Assembly: GCA_963921275.4 (NCBI GenBank)
Contig: OZ001293.3
Location: 1,920,001-1,984,000 of the forward strand
Source of the DNA: an uncultured Hormoscilla sp.
GTDB taxonomy: Bacteria; Cyanobacteriota; Cyanobacteriia; Cyanobacteriales; Desertifilaceae
Length of the DNA stretch: 64,000 bases
Direction: 5' to 3'
The position numbers were made by a program, and so were the translations under genes. This document shows positions 14,033 to 25,353 of the stretch, piece by piece (the first letter of the stretch is position 1; each line of letters starts with the position of its first letter). The notes beneath the pieces were generated by a model. That model did not search any database. It was not told the DNA's origin and was given only the letters and a program-made list of their open reading frames with translations.

Positions 14033-14400
14033 TAGAGTTTTGGGCGATCGCGATGGGATTGCCCAAAACTGGGCCGAAATGCCGGACGACCCTTCTGGCC
14101 CGCGACCTGCAAACTCAACAACGCCTTATCCCTGGAAGCACATCTTACCGCTGAACTGACCTTCAGCGAAAGCGAACTCAAACAGATCGCTAAGGGGTGC
14201 ATCTCACGCCTCCTCGTATTGTCACGCCACCCAGGTGAGAAGAAACCGGGTTTCTACGAGTTATCCTGCTCACGGGGCGATAGTTTGTCAAAGAAACCCG
14301 GTTTCTGGCCCTCACGAGCGCGCCCCCGAGGTATTGGGTTAGGAATCCCTATTTCTGCGATCACAAAATTGTAATTATTTTGTTTCACTTACAAGTTAAC

Positions 14401-15414
14401 TTACTGACCTGCTTTTCTTGCTTCTTCCACCCAGCGATCGAACAGTTCTTGATGATTAGCCACCCACTCTTCGGCATGGCGACGGATATCTTCTGGTGTA
14501 TCTTCACCATTGTAGATCCGCAAGTTCTGGGCGCTGACATCTGCAATGGGAATCTCAACCAGTTCAAAGAAGCGTCGCACTGCTGGGTTGGCATCCAGAA
14601 ATTTATGAGAAGCTAATATTTTCTCCTGATTGATGGAAAATCCCATGGTTTTTCCATCAATCACGGCTTCTTTAATCTCTTGAGGATGTTTTTCTGGGAA
14701 AGAGGTGAAGGGCACTCCCAGCCATACCACATCCTCCCCATTCTTCAAAACAGCATTCTGCCATGAGGGAGTCCAGCTATAATAGAGAATCGGCTTTCCT
14801 TCCTTAAAACGGGCAATAGTGTCCCCGAGCAAGGCAAAGTAACTCCCCCGTTCCTGTTCGACAGTCTCCTGGAGATCGTAAGCCTGTATATGGTGCTCTA
14901 TAATTAATTCACAATACCAACCCGCATTGCAGCCGATTAAGTTAGCTTTTCCATCCCCGTCCGTATCAAATTGTTTGGCAATCTCTGGTTTTTTTAGGTC
15001 TGACAGGTTGGTTATCTTATATTTATCTGCCGTTTTTTTATCGATTACATAACCTTGGAGACAATTGTCAACTATCACCCCATCACGGGACAATTTCTCA
15101 TCCCCCCCTGCATTTTCAAAAAAGCTGTCCTGCTGTGGATACCAGTGATTAGCAGCATAATCAACATCGCCATTAGCTACAGCTAGGTGCAGGCTTGGAG
15201 GCGGGAGTTGTAAGCCTGTTTCTATCTGATATCCGAGTTTTTCCAGACCAATATTAACAACTTCTGTCTGGAATATTTCTTCTTGAATGTCGTAACCGTA
15301 GCTTATTCTCATTCCAGTATCTGGGTTATCACTAGCTGATTCGGGACTGCAAGCGTGAGCCCCTGTCAGTAAGGTCGCTAGGACTGTGGCCAATGCTAGT
15401 TTTTTGGCTTTCAT
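14401..15414 (-). CDS. proX: Glycine betaine/proline ABC transporter substrate-binding lipoprotein
   Basis: Lipoprotein signal MKAKK...AHAC, QGYVIDKKTA, FDTDGDGKANLIGCNAGW and YSWTP. The ATG at 15414 is preferred over the longer ORF start. Confidence 0.93.
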   Translation of the reverse strand: MKAKKLALATVLATLLTGAHACSPESASDNPDTGMRISYGYDIQEEIFQTEVVNIGLEKLGYQIETGLQLPPPSLHLAVANGDVDYAANHWYPQQDSFFENAGGDEKLSRDGVIVDNCLQGYVIDKKTADKYKITNLSDLKKPEIAKQFDTDGDGKANLIGCNAGWYCELIIEHHIQAYDLQETVEQERGSYFALLGDTIARFKEGKPILYYSWTPSWQNAVLKNGEDVVWLGVPFTSFPEKHPQEIKEAVIDGKTMGFSINQEKILASHKFLDANPAVRRFFELVEIPIADVSAQNLRIYNGEDTPEDIRRHAEEWVANHQELFDRWVEEARKAGQ

Positions 15415-16376
15415 CTGCTGATTTCCTCTCCCTTCTTGGTACTTAATAGTGGTAGCAGGGCCCCGATCGGCCCGCGCTCTTTCCAAGATAGCTTACTATT
15501 GCTGGATTTAGTAGCCGCCTGGGTGATGCGATCGAGCATCACTGCCACCAGCACAATCCCAATCCCACCCGTAGAGGCAAGTCCAATATCTAGTCTACCA
15601 ATTCCCCGCAAGACCATTTGCCCTAAACCTTCGACAGCAATCATCGACGCTACCACCACCATTGATAGGGCCATCATAATCGATTGATTTACACCTGCTA
15701 GGATAGTTGGCATTGCCAGAGGAATCTGTGCTTCCCACAGCACTTGATTGGGCGTCGAACCAAATGCCTGGGCCGCTTCCACAACTTCTGGAGAAACTTG
15801 TCTGATGCCAATATTAGTCAGGCGAATCAGAGGCGGTACGGCAAATATAAAGGTGACGATCACTCCCGGTACTTGACCAATTCCAAATAGCATCACCACT
15901 GGCACGAGATAGACAAAGGTCGGCAGGGTTTGCATGGCATCCAGTATCGGTCTAATTATCTGCTCTACCTTGTTACTCCTGGCACAGGCAATGCCTATGG
16001 GTATGCCTACTATCACGCATAATACCACAGCTGTGATTACCAGGGATATGGTCACCATTGACTCTTCCCAAACCCCCAAAAATCCCACAATTACCATGGC
16101 TATATAGCTAAATATTCCCACCCCTCGTCCAGCTATTTGCCATGCCAAAATCCCGACAATGATGATAAATATCAGCGGCGGTATCGCATTCAAAACTGTT
16201 TCTATCCCTTCCAGACCAATACTCACTGGCCAGCGAATTGCTTGGAATACTGGTCGAAAGTTTTCTACCAGAAAATTTACCCCTGTTTCTATCCAGTCCC
16301 CCACAGGTAATTGATACCATTCAAAGGGATTTAAAACGCTTCCTTGCGGTAATGAATACAAATTAAACTTGTTCAT
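15411..16376 (-). CDS. proW: Glycine betaine/proline ABC transporter permease
   Basis: PILDAMQTLPTFVYLVP, IRLTNIGIRQV and the EAA motif. Confidence 0.95.
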   Translation of the reverse strand: MNKFNLYSLPQGSVLNPFEWYQLPVGDWIETGVNFLVENFRPVFQAIRWPVSIGLEGIETVLNAIPPLIFIIIVGILAWQIAGRGVGIFSYIAMVIVGFLGVWEESMVTISLVITAVVLCVIVGIPIGIACARSNKVEQIIRPILDAMQTLPTFVYLVPVVMLFGIGQVPGVIVTFIFAVPPLIRLTNIGIRQVSPEVVEAAQAFGSTPNQVLWEAQIPLAMPTILAGVNQSIMMALSMVVVASMIAVEGLGQMVLRGIGRLDIGLASTGGIGIVLVAVMLDRITQAATKSSNSKLSWKERGPIGALLPLLSTKKGEEISR

Positions 16377-17562
16377 TTTTTTTGACAATGTTCGCAAAAA
16401 CGTCTGATTGTTCTACCACTCCTGCTAATTTTCCCTTACTATCCACTACCGCGATCGCCTCTCCCTCTTGGCAGAGGTGAAAAATTTCCTCTAGCTTAGT
16501 TGTCTTATCTACCTTGGGGAAATCTCTTGCCATCGCCTTGGCAATATCATTTTCACCCACTTCCAGGGCCTTGGCAAGTCTAGCTGCTGTCACTAATCCT
16601 ACTGGTTTGCCATCGCCGTCAACCACGTACTTCTGTTTGCGCTCTTCTGCGCTCATTTCGATCGTGGCTGCCTTAACCGATTTACTCTCTAGTATAAATG
16701 AATTGGGATTGCGGGCGATCGCGCCTACTTTAATTACGCTAGCGCGGTTAACATCCTTAATAAATGCTTTAATATAGTCATCAGCTGGTAAAGTAATTAT
16801 TTCTTCCGGGGTTCCCAACTGGACCACATATCCATCCTTCATCACCGCTAGGCGATCGGCCAGTTTCAGCGCCTCTTGAATATCGTGACTAATGAACACA
16901 ATTGTTTTCTGCAATTCCTTTTGCAGTCGGATGAGCTCATCTTGCATCTCCCGCCTAATCAGAGGATCCAGAGCCGAAAACGCCTCATCCATCAACAATA
17001 TGGGAGCATCTGTTGCTAATGCACGGGCTAAACCCACCCGTTGCTGCATTCCCCCACTCAGTGCCGATGGATAGTAGTCCACCCACTGATTTAAACCGAC
17101 AACCTCTAAAGTCTCCAAAGCTTTTTGTCGGCGTTGGTTTTTTTCTACACCCCGCACCTTCAAACCATAGGCCGCATTTTCTGCCACTGTTTTGTGGGGA
17201 AACAGACCAAATCTCTGAAATACCATTGTCACTTGCGTGCGACGCAACTCCCGCATCCGTTCGGAACTGACATGGGCTATATCTTCGCCATCTATATAGA
17301 TATGGCCGCTAGTCGCAGGAATTAGACTGTTAATGCAGCGCACCAATGTTGACTTTCCCGAACCCGATAGCCCCATGACCACGAATAATTCCCCCTCACT
17401 TATTTCCAGAGAAACATCCGCTACCCCAACTACATTTCCCGTCGCCTCTAATATATAATCTTTCGTCGCACCATCTCTAAACATTTTCAGGGCTTTCCGA
17501 GGATTCTTTCCGTAGATTTTGATCAGATTCTCGATGATTATTTTCGGTTTACTGCTCTTCAT
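16363..17562 (-). CDS. proV: Glycine betaine/proline ABC transporter ATP-binding subunit
   Basis: GLSGSGKS, LSGGMQQRVGLARAL, DEAFSALDPLIR and C-terminal CBS domains. Confidence 0.96.
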   Translation of the reverse strand: MKSSKPKIIIENLIKIYGKNPRKALKMFRDGATKDYILEATGNVVGVADVSLEISEGELFVVMGLSGSGKSTLVRCINSLIPATSGHIYIDGEDIAHVSSERMRELRRTQVTMVFQRFGLFPHKTVAENAAYGLKVRGVEKNQRRQKALETLEVVGLNQWVDYYPSALSGGMQQRVGLARALATDAPILLMDEAFSALDPLIRREMQDELIRLQKELQKTIVFISHDIQEALKLADRLAVMKDGYVVQLGTPEEIITLPADDYIKAFIKDVNRASVIKVGAIARNPNSFILESKSVKAATIEMSAEERKQKYVVDGDGKPVGLVTAARLAKALEVGENDIAKAMARDFPKVDKTTKLEEIFHLCQEGEAIAVVDSKGKLAGVVEQSDVFANIVKKNEQV

Positions 17563-17613
17563 TGTTATATTTAGTATACTATAGTTAACTCAGTCTAGTG
17601 ATGGGAGAATGCT

Positions 17614-17796
17614 ATGTTTGGACTCGGATGGCCCGAAGTAGGTGTAATTGCCATAGCTGCTATTGTCATTTTCGGTCCCAAGAAGATTCCCGAGATGGGA
17701 AAAGCCTTGGGCCAAACTTTGCGCGGCTTCAAGGATGAGATGAACAAGCCTGAAACCGCCGATACCCCGTCCCTTGAGACAGATAAGGAAGTCTAA
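17614..17796 (+). CDS. tatA: Twin-arginine translocase TatA
   Basis: MFGLGWPE...IFGPKKIPEMGKALGQTLRGFK. Confidence 0.95.
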   Translation: MFGLGWPEVGVIAIAAIVIFGPKKIPEMGKALGQTLRGFKDEMNKPETADTPSLETDKEV

Positions 17797-17858
17797 CATC
17801 TCTTCAAGAAACCGGGTTTCTCTTCTACAAGATAAAACCCGGTTTCTGGTTATTGGTC

Positions 17859-20564
17859 CTAATCCGATCTCTTCGATTTATCCCGATTTTTCGCGTAGCG
17901 TTCCTGGGGCTGTCGGGCCTCTATCAAGCGAATGGCACGGCTGACTATTTCGGGCAAAACTACCACGAGACTGTCCTTGCTGGCCATATCCAACGCCGTC
18001 TCGATCGCCTCTGCTTCATCCAGAATTGTTTCATACCGACAATCACTCTGAGTTGCTTTTATCCCCTCGGAGATCAAATCTGCTGCATCCCCCCGCGGAC
18101 GGCCCCGGGTATCGTCATCTTCCTTGACAATAATCCGATCGAACATTTGGGCAGATAGCTTGCCCAGGGTGAAGAAATCTTCGTCCCGACGATCGCCCGG
18201 TCCTCCCACCACCCCAATCCGTTCTCCAGGCCAATTGCGGACAAAACCCGCCAGGGCTTCGTAAGAATGGGGATTGTGAGCATAGTCGATCAGGGCACTA
18301 AAGTCACCCAGATCGAACAGATTCATCCGTCCGGGGGTCTGGGCCGTCGAGGCCACAAAGCTGCTTAAAGCTGCCCGAATATGCTCGATCTCCACTCCCT
18401 GGGCAAAAGCTGCCAAGCATGCAGCCAAGGCATTAGCAATCATAAAGGGCGCCCGGCCTTTCATGGTCAGGGGCACCTGGACCGCCTCTTCTATCCGCAG
18501 CTTCCAATCCCCTTGCAAAATTGACAGATAACCCTCTTCATATACTGCTGCCAAACCGCCCTTTTCCACATGCCGTTGCAGTATCTGATTGTCTGAGTGC
18601 ATTGAGAAATAAGCCACCTTCCCCTGCAACCTTCGATGCACTCGGGACGCGCTAATCGCACTGTCCCTCGCGCATCGATTAGCCATCCCCTACCACCAAA
18701 GGATCGTCGGCATTCAGCACTGCATAACCGTTTGGCCTTACCGCTTCTGCCACCACTGCCTTCACTTGAGCCATTTGCTCAATGGTATCTATATCTCCCA
18801 GGCCCAGATGGTCAGCTGCCACATTCAGCACGACCCCGACATCATGCCCATCGAAGGCCAGGCCACTCCGGAGAATCCCACCCCTCGCCGTCTCCAGCAC
18901 CGCTACTTCTATCGTTGGGTCTTTGAGAATCAACTCAGCACTCTGGGGACCAGTATTGTCCCCCTTTTCCACCATATAGTCGCCGATATAGGTGCCATCG
19001 GTGGTCGTATAGCCGATCGTCTGTCCCGTCTGCTTAAATATATGGGCAATCAGCCGGGTAGTCGTCGTCTTCCCATTCGTTCCCGTCACCGCGATAATCG
19101 GTATGCGACTACTCGTTCCAGGGGGAAATAGCATATCGAGTACCGGGGCCGCCACATTCCGAGCAATCCCCTGACTGGGGCTGACATGCATCCGGAATCC
19201 CGGTGCCGCGTTCACTTCCACTACTACACCTTCAGTCTCCCGTAGAGGCCGGCTGATATCTTCCGTGACAATATCCAGTCCTGCTATGTCCAAACCAATA
19301 GTTTTTACTACCCGTTGGCACAACCAGATATTTTCCGCATGAATTTCGTCCGTGCGATCGATCGCTATGCCGCAGTGCTCAGATTCGCCGTTGCCCGCAA
19401 CGGACAGAATTGTCCTTTTTTGGGGATGCTATCGAGGGTATAGCCCAGCCTATCCAATAGCTGTAGACTGGTGCGATCTACTTCTAGGCGTGTAAGCACA
19501 TTATCATGGCCCTTCCCCCGAGCTGGGTCTCGATTTGTTTCGTCGATCAGTTCTGAAATTGTGGACTTCCCATCTTCCACCACATGGGCCGGTACCCGTT
19601 CTGCCACCGCTACCACCTTCCCATTCACCACCAATACCCGATGGTCTCGTCCTCGATAATAGCGCTCCACGATCGCCTTTTTGCTTTTGGAAGCCTCAAT
19701 GGCTGCATCGTATGCTGCTTCTGCTTCCGACCATTCCTCTATCTCGAGCGTGATTCCCCGTCCGTGATTGCCATCTAGGGGTTTGATCACCACCGGGTAC
19801 CCCCCCACATCCGCGATCGCATCTTCCAGGTCTTCCAGGAATTCGATCGTCGTCCCCTGGGGCACTGGCACCCCTGCATTTTCTAGCACTCTTTTCGTAC
19901 CTTCCTTATCGCAGGCCAGTTCTACTCCCAATATACTGGTGCGATCGCTCATTGTTGCTTGCAGTCTTTTTTGCTTTATTCCATAACCCAGCTGGATAAT
20001 GAAGCGTGCCGCCAGAGGCATCCAGGGAATGTCTCGCGCCTCTGCTTCCTTTATCAGCATCGTCGTTGAAGGGCTCTTTGCTGCTTGGGCCCACAACTCT
20101 TTGAGATCCCGTAAATCTTGCTCCAACTCTGATTTTGGATAGCTGCCCCTGTCTGCTATACTCCTGCACATGCGGACCGCTGCTCTGCCTGCGTAGCGAC
20201 CTGCCTTCTCCTCTAGATACTCAAACACCACATTGTACACCCCTGGGGTTGCCGTTTCCCGCGTCCGGCCAAATCCCACCTGCATGCCTGCTAACGTTTG
20301 CAGTTCCAGGGCTACATGTTCTACTATATGTCCCATATAAGTGCCCTTGTCCAGTCGTTGCAGGAACCCTCCCCGGCACCCTGGCGAGCAGTAATGTTCG
20401 ATTAAACTTGGCAGCGCCGACCTCAATCCCTCATAGAAACCTGGGATTTCATTTGATGGCCTGTCCGCCAGTTCTTCTAAATCTAGACGGATAACTATCA
20501 GTTGCCTGCGGCGAATGCTCCAGTAATTTGGACCGCGTAATGTTAAGGTTTTTATAATTTTCAT
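17859..20564 (-). pseudogene. cphA: Cyanophycin synthetase, two frameshifts plus a palindromic insert
   Basis: Three ORF pieces contain LRGPNYWSIRR, KPLDGNHGRG, GTNGKTTT and IDYAHNP. A -1 shift occurs at about 19370 (STGG to STAA*) and a +1 shift at about 18687. A family A repeat lies at 18634-18677. Confidence 0.93.
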
Positions 20565-20889
20565 GAGCCTCAGCAGCTGTTTTTTGTTGACTGAATTGTT
20601 TACTTTTGCCTGTTGCCTGTTTGCTATCTTTTCATGCTGTCAACATTCTACTGCTTGCCGCTTCTGTTTCTTTGGTAACACTGCTTGTCCCACCCGTGCC
20701 CTAGTTTTATGTTAACTTTTCAGCCGCGACCTCAGCATCTAGCCGTCTTCTTCTCTCAACTGTTCACCATGAACCTTTTTTCTCCTACCTTGCGGTGTCT
20801 CCCGACGATGCCGATGCGTGCGCGCATCGCCCTTAGTCGCACTACTTTTTCTCTCCTCTCATATCTGGAGCCAATTTTTCAATAGTTAA

Positions 20890-21755
20890 CTAACATTTTT
20901 GCGATGTTCTGGCATTATCACTTTCCGAGAACGAATATTGTAGCGATCGCCATGACTTAGGATATGTACTCGCAGATTGTAAGCACTCAGTGGAGCTGTC
21001 GCCGTCACATATGGTTCATTTGTGTATTACATTTCCCCTGGGTCTATGATCGTTACCGTTCCTTTCCCCATCACTACTATTGTACCATCCCTTTCTACTA
21101 ACGCACAGGTATCTTCATCTATTCCCATTCCCAGTCTATAGCGGAATATTGCGATCGCGCTCATCAGCCGTCCCATCCGATTGCGATTATAAAAATGCTG
21201 GTCCACTATCACTTCTGGCACTATCGATAGACCTGTTGTCAAGTCTACCAGTGAGCGATTTGGATACTCACCACTTCCTCCACCAGCAATCATTTCCTGT
21301 CCCATCACTGCTGCACCTGCACTGGTTCCCGCCAGAGTTATTTCCCCTGCCAAGGTTCTGCTGCGGATTATTTCCATCACTGGCGTATCCGCTAGCAACC
21401 CACATAGTCGCAGCTGGTCCCCACCCGTGATAAATACCCCTGTACAATTTGCCACATATTCCTTCCACTGCTGGTCATCTCCCTGGGCCCGATCGCGGAT
21501 ATCTATCGCCTTTATTTCCTTCGCCCCCATTTCCGCGAATATTCGCCAGTACCTTTCCCCGATCGCCCCTGGTTCTCGGGACGCTGACGGCACTATCGCT
21601 ATTTTCGCCGCCCTTGAGCCAGCACGAGCAAAAAATGTATGTAGTATCTCCCTGCCATGCACTTTATCTTCTGCACCACCTATGATCATGATGGCTGTTT
21701 TCGTCTGTTGGCCTTAAAGTTCTTTCACTTGCTGCGGGTGGGATTGCGATTTCAT
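20890..21755 (-). pseudogene. cphB: Cyanophycinase with two in-frame stops
   Basis: IIGGAEDK, GGDQLRL, GTSAGA and DQHF..RNRMGRL motifs. TAA stops are at 21714-21716 and 21027-21029; the frame continues YTNEPY...LRVHILSHGDRY after the second stop. Confidence 0.9.
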
Positions 21756-22162
21756 CTGCAACATTATCTTTGTCCGTAGTACCTTCAATCATAACAGCCT
21801 CCTGAGTTTTCTTCTTATATCGCTTTTTTCCCAGCGAGCGCCGTCCGATTTTTCCGGCACGGTGTGCTATGAGCTGACAATCAGTTAAACAATTATCAAT
21901 AATTTTCCACCCTCGTTCCCTGGGGACCGCCTGGGAACGTGAGGGCATCGTGGGAGCATCTTGGAGAGCTAATTTTTCCTGTTTGTCTTCCAGGTATGGA
22001 TCCATTAGCTGCCGATGTCACAGGACTTGGGTGATATTCTATTTTTACATCCGAGTCCTGTGACATCCTCGAAGCCATATTTGGGACGAGCCGGCGATGC
22101 GCGAGGGACAGCGTCCCTCGCGCATCGTAGGTCGGCAACTCCTCTGCTAAGTATGACTTATA

Positions 22163-22191
22163 ATGATATAATACTACATCCTGCTTGTCAA
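22163..22191 (-). promoter_or_regulatory. Consensus-like sigma70 promoter facing cphBA
   Basis: TTGACA (22191-22186), 17 nt spacer, TATCAT (22168-22163), lying within a family E-like element. Confidence 0.55.
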
Positions 22192-22202
22192 GTGACCGTA
22201 CC

Positions 22203-22922
22203 GTGAGATTCGATCTTGTCACCTTATTTCCCGATTTTTTTACCTCGCCCCTCAGTTCTGGACTGTTGGGTAAGGCGCTAGGGAAAAATATCGCGCAAGT
22301 CAAGTTGGTCAATCCCCGAGATTTTACCACCGATAACCATCGCCAAGTGGATGACACGCCCTATGGCGGCGGCGTTGGCATGCTGCTCAAACCAGAACCG
22401 GTCTTTGCGGCGGTGGAGTCCCTACCGGAGTTGCCCCAAAGAGATATTATCCTGATGACGCCCCAAGGTCAAGCCCTAACTCAGAACTTATTGAAAAAAT
22501 GGGCGAGTGTTTACGATCAGTTGATAATCCTCTGCGGTAATTACGAAGGCTTCGATGAGCGAGTGCTACATCTAGTCACCCGCGAGGTGTCTTTGGGGGA
22601 TTTTGTCCTGACTTGTGGGGAAATACCGGCACTAGCGATCGTTAATGGCGTGGTCCGGTTGTTACCCGGGACGGTGGGCAAGTCAGAATCCCTCAAGGCT
22701 GAGAGCTTTGAGTCGGGATTGCTAGATTATCCCCAGTATACCAGACCAGCTGAGTTTCGGGGATGGAAAGTCCCGGATGTCTTGCTCTCAGGACATCATG
22801 GCCAGATTGAGCGCTGGCGATATCAGCAGCAGCTGGAACGCACCCGCCAACGGCGTCCAGATCTATATGCTGCTTGGTTGGAAAAATCTGGTTCTGAAGC
22901 CCCCGTGCAGGACCAACCTTAA
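22203..22922 (+). CDS. trmD: tRNA (guanine37-N1)-methyltransferase
   Basis: VDDTPYGGGVGM, CGNYEGFDERV, SLGDFVLTCGE and LDYPQYTRP. GTG start assumed at 22203. Confidence 0.97.
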   Translation: MRFDLVTLFPDFFTSPLSSGLLGKALGKNIAQVKLVNPRDFTTDNHRQVDDTPYGGGVGMLLKPEPVFAAVESLPELPQRDIILMTPQGQALTQNLLKKWASVYDQLIILCGNYEGFDERVLHLVTREVSLGDFVLTCGEIPALAIVNGVVRLLPGTVGKSESLKAESFESGLLDYPQYTRPAEFRGWKVPDVLLSGHHGQIERWRYQQQLERTRQRRPDLYAAWLEKSGSEAPVQDQP

Positions 22923-22923
22923 G

Positions 22924-23305
22924 TTAAAGAATGGTCAGATAAGTTTGATTCGATTCGGTGGGGAGGACTTTCAGTTGATGGTTGTGCAGGTCCAGTTCGA
23001 TACCGTTCGCGCAGCGTAGCGATAGCGTGTAGCCATGGGCTTCTAGAGGAATGACTCCCAATAAGGCATCTCTTTGTCCTGGTAGTTCCAAGCATTCAAA
23101 AGTACCTTCTCGTCCCAGTAAAGAAATTTTAGCGCAGCGTGTCTTGGAAGATTCTGGCTTTCTTAAGTCCTGCGGCGGTGATGACATCAACTTCTTTCAG
23201 GAGGTCGAGACCCAGTTGGGCGATCGCCTGCGGGAGCCGGCAGAGGGTGGTAGCACCGGTATCGATGAGTACGTTGTCTAAAGCGATCGAGCGGATTTGT
23301 CCTTC
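22924..23305 (-). pseudogene. Clan AA (retropepsin-like) aspartic protease, 5'-truncated and frameshifted
   Basis: VLIDTGATTL and LLGVIPLEA...IELDL motifs. A small repeat is inserted in-frame at about 22999-23036. Confidence 0.8.
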
Positions 23306-23452
23306 ACAGACGTGGATTGGCAACTGGCAATATATTACCATCGGCAACCTGCAAGACGACGATCGCGATGAACGACTGCCCTTCATACACAAAGCCATTC
23401 GGTGGCGATAAACAAGTAACGATTCCCCAAATAGGTCAGAACCATGGCGCCC

Positions 23453-23683
23453 ACGGAAGAGTCGTACCCGGGTACAAAAGAGTTGTACTCGGGTACGCAA
23501 GAGTTGTACTCGGGTACGCAAGAGTTGTACTCGGGTACGCAAGAGTTGTACTTGGGTACGCAAGAGTTGTATTCTGGTACGCAAGAGTCGTACTCGGGTA
23601 CGGAAGAGTCGTACTTGGGTACGCAAGAGTCGTACTCGGGTACGGAAGAGTCGTACTCGGGTACGCAAAAGTCGTACTCCATA
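23453..23683. repeat. Tandem repeat, 11 x 21 bp (ACGCAAGAGTYGTACTCGGGT)
   Basis: Counted directly. The units abut with no spacers and are open in several reading frames. Confidence 0.95.
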
Positions 23684-24034
23684 CGTAACTGCTCCCTGCT
23701 TCTTACTCTTTACTTATTGCTGGACGCTAAATCATTACATCTTTATCTCTACCAGTCATTCACCTCCTCATGTTACGCAGGCTCTTTTGATTCCTTTTAC
23801 AATTTCAAAACATCCTCTAAAACTTGAAACTCTTTGCACATAGGAATCTTAGCTTTGAACCAGACAATGTACCAGTCCCGAAAAGTCATGTTGCGAATAA
23901 AATTTAAACATTGGATACAGGTGATATTTGGGCGAGTCAGCAAACTTATCCCTTTTTCGACCCAGATTAGCAAAATTCAAAGGAGGTAGGCAGCCATTAT
24001 GGAATGGCACTGACGACGAAGGAGTGAAAAAAAG

Positions 24035-24306
24035 CCATGCGGGAAGTCTCCGGGCAAGTCTCTCCACTTACAGCCATTGACAACCACATAAAAAATAGCA
24101 TTGAGGACAGATAACATCCAAACTTCACGTGGACGACCTCCTGTTTTTGCTGGTGGAATCAGCGGTTCAATTAAGTCATATTGGTCTTGAGTCAGGTTAC
24201 TGGTGTATGCTGAGCGTCATAGCTCACATGGGGCAACAGTTTTACATATCTTTAGCCTATACCATGTGGGCTTTCTTACACACTTTTCGACTTTTCAAAC
24301 AGCCTC
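24035..24306 (-). mobile_element. IS5-family element, 5' fragment
   Basis: The end GAGGCTGTTTGAAAAGT is at 24306. Translation gives [29 protein letters not shown]...[22 protein letters not shown] similar end GAGGATGTTTTGAAA lies at 23818. Confidence 0.85.
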
Positions 24307-25190
24307 TCACTCCCAGCAATATTACGCCCAGTCAGCGATCGAACCTCGTCTATGCTTTGGGAACCCCTGGGATACGACTTTGGCACGGAAGCACGACATG
24401 ACTCTTTCAAACAACTGATGCCCGATGGAGCCGTCACTATCGGCGACACGCAAGTTCCTGCCAACCCCTATGACGCCCGTCAGATGGTGGATCATTTAGA
24501 AATCAACCCGTGGGAGGCTAAATCTCTCATTTGGACATTAAACCTGGAACTAACCCCTATTTACGCGATCTCCCCGGTGGGAGCCTTTGCGGCAGATATC
24601 TACGAAGTGATGCAATATATGCTTGCTGGTCAGGTATTATCAGAAGAGGATGAAAACTATATCGAACGAGTGAGTATTACCGGTAAGCTCACCGACAAAA
24701 CCGTCAAACTATTTTCCGGTCAAATCGTTCCCGTTCTCAAGGTGAACAGCCCTAGAAGAATGTACGGTTGGAAAGTGAATACTCTAGTTTCCTCGGCATT
24801 GCAAGTGGTCGGTACGGAACTTGAAGTTGCCGAGGAAACGATAATGCGCCGTTCCATCAGCAGTTTCTTCAATCGAGTCTATTACGACTTGCGAAATCTG
24901 GAAAAAATGGCTCGCGATCGGGCCCTGAACTTCGCCGCCACAAATGCCTTCTAAGCCGTGCAAACCTTCTCAGAAGCAGTGGCGCGCGGCCTGGAACTCG
25001 ACAGCATTAACGTGGGAAAAAGCCCCTTCTGTCGCTATGGTAGCGAATGCTGGGATGTTAAGTTAAAATTCTTCGACCCAGAAAACAGTCGCAGGGGGCA
25101 GGAGGGGGAGTGTTTCCGTTTACCATTGAGGTGAGCGATCGGACTCCGGTTACCTTAGGTGAAGTCCGTTCTTGGTCGGTATCCAAGTAA
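24307..25190 (+). pseudogene. patG: Cyanobactin maturation protease PatG/PatA-type C-terminal DUF region (remnant)
   Basis: LVYALGT/LGYDFGTEARHDSFKQLM, PANPYDARQMVD, IWTLNLELTPIYAI, RVYYDLRN, DRALNFAATNAF*, KSPFCR..S.CWDVKLKFFDPEN and PVTLGEVRSWS. There is a frameshift at about 24365 and a stop at 24952; the protease domain is absent. Confidence 0.88.
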
Positions 25191-25353
25191 GGATTAAAAC
25201 AATTAACAATCAATATCATCCCGTATGGGGCCATATGACGAGTACCCACGACCCAGAAACCAGGTATGAGCAAAAAACCTGGTTTCTTAATTTTCACTGG
25301 TAACTGGGCATTGTAAAATTAACTAGGTTTTGCTTGAGGGAAAAGATAACTGA

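Noticed and set aside
14040..14220. Short fragment resembling a Ser/Thr kinase segment (SLEAHL..TFSESELKQIAK)
   Set aside because: Too short and degraded to call without a search.
18679..19370. Programmed frameshifting in cphA
   Set aside because: No slippery motif or precedent exists, and the partner cphB is independently broken.
23453..23683. Possible CRISPR array
   Set aside because: The 21-bp units abut with no unique spacers, and no cas genes are present.
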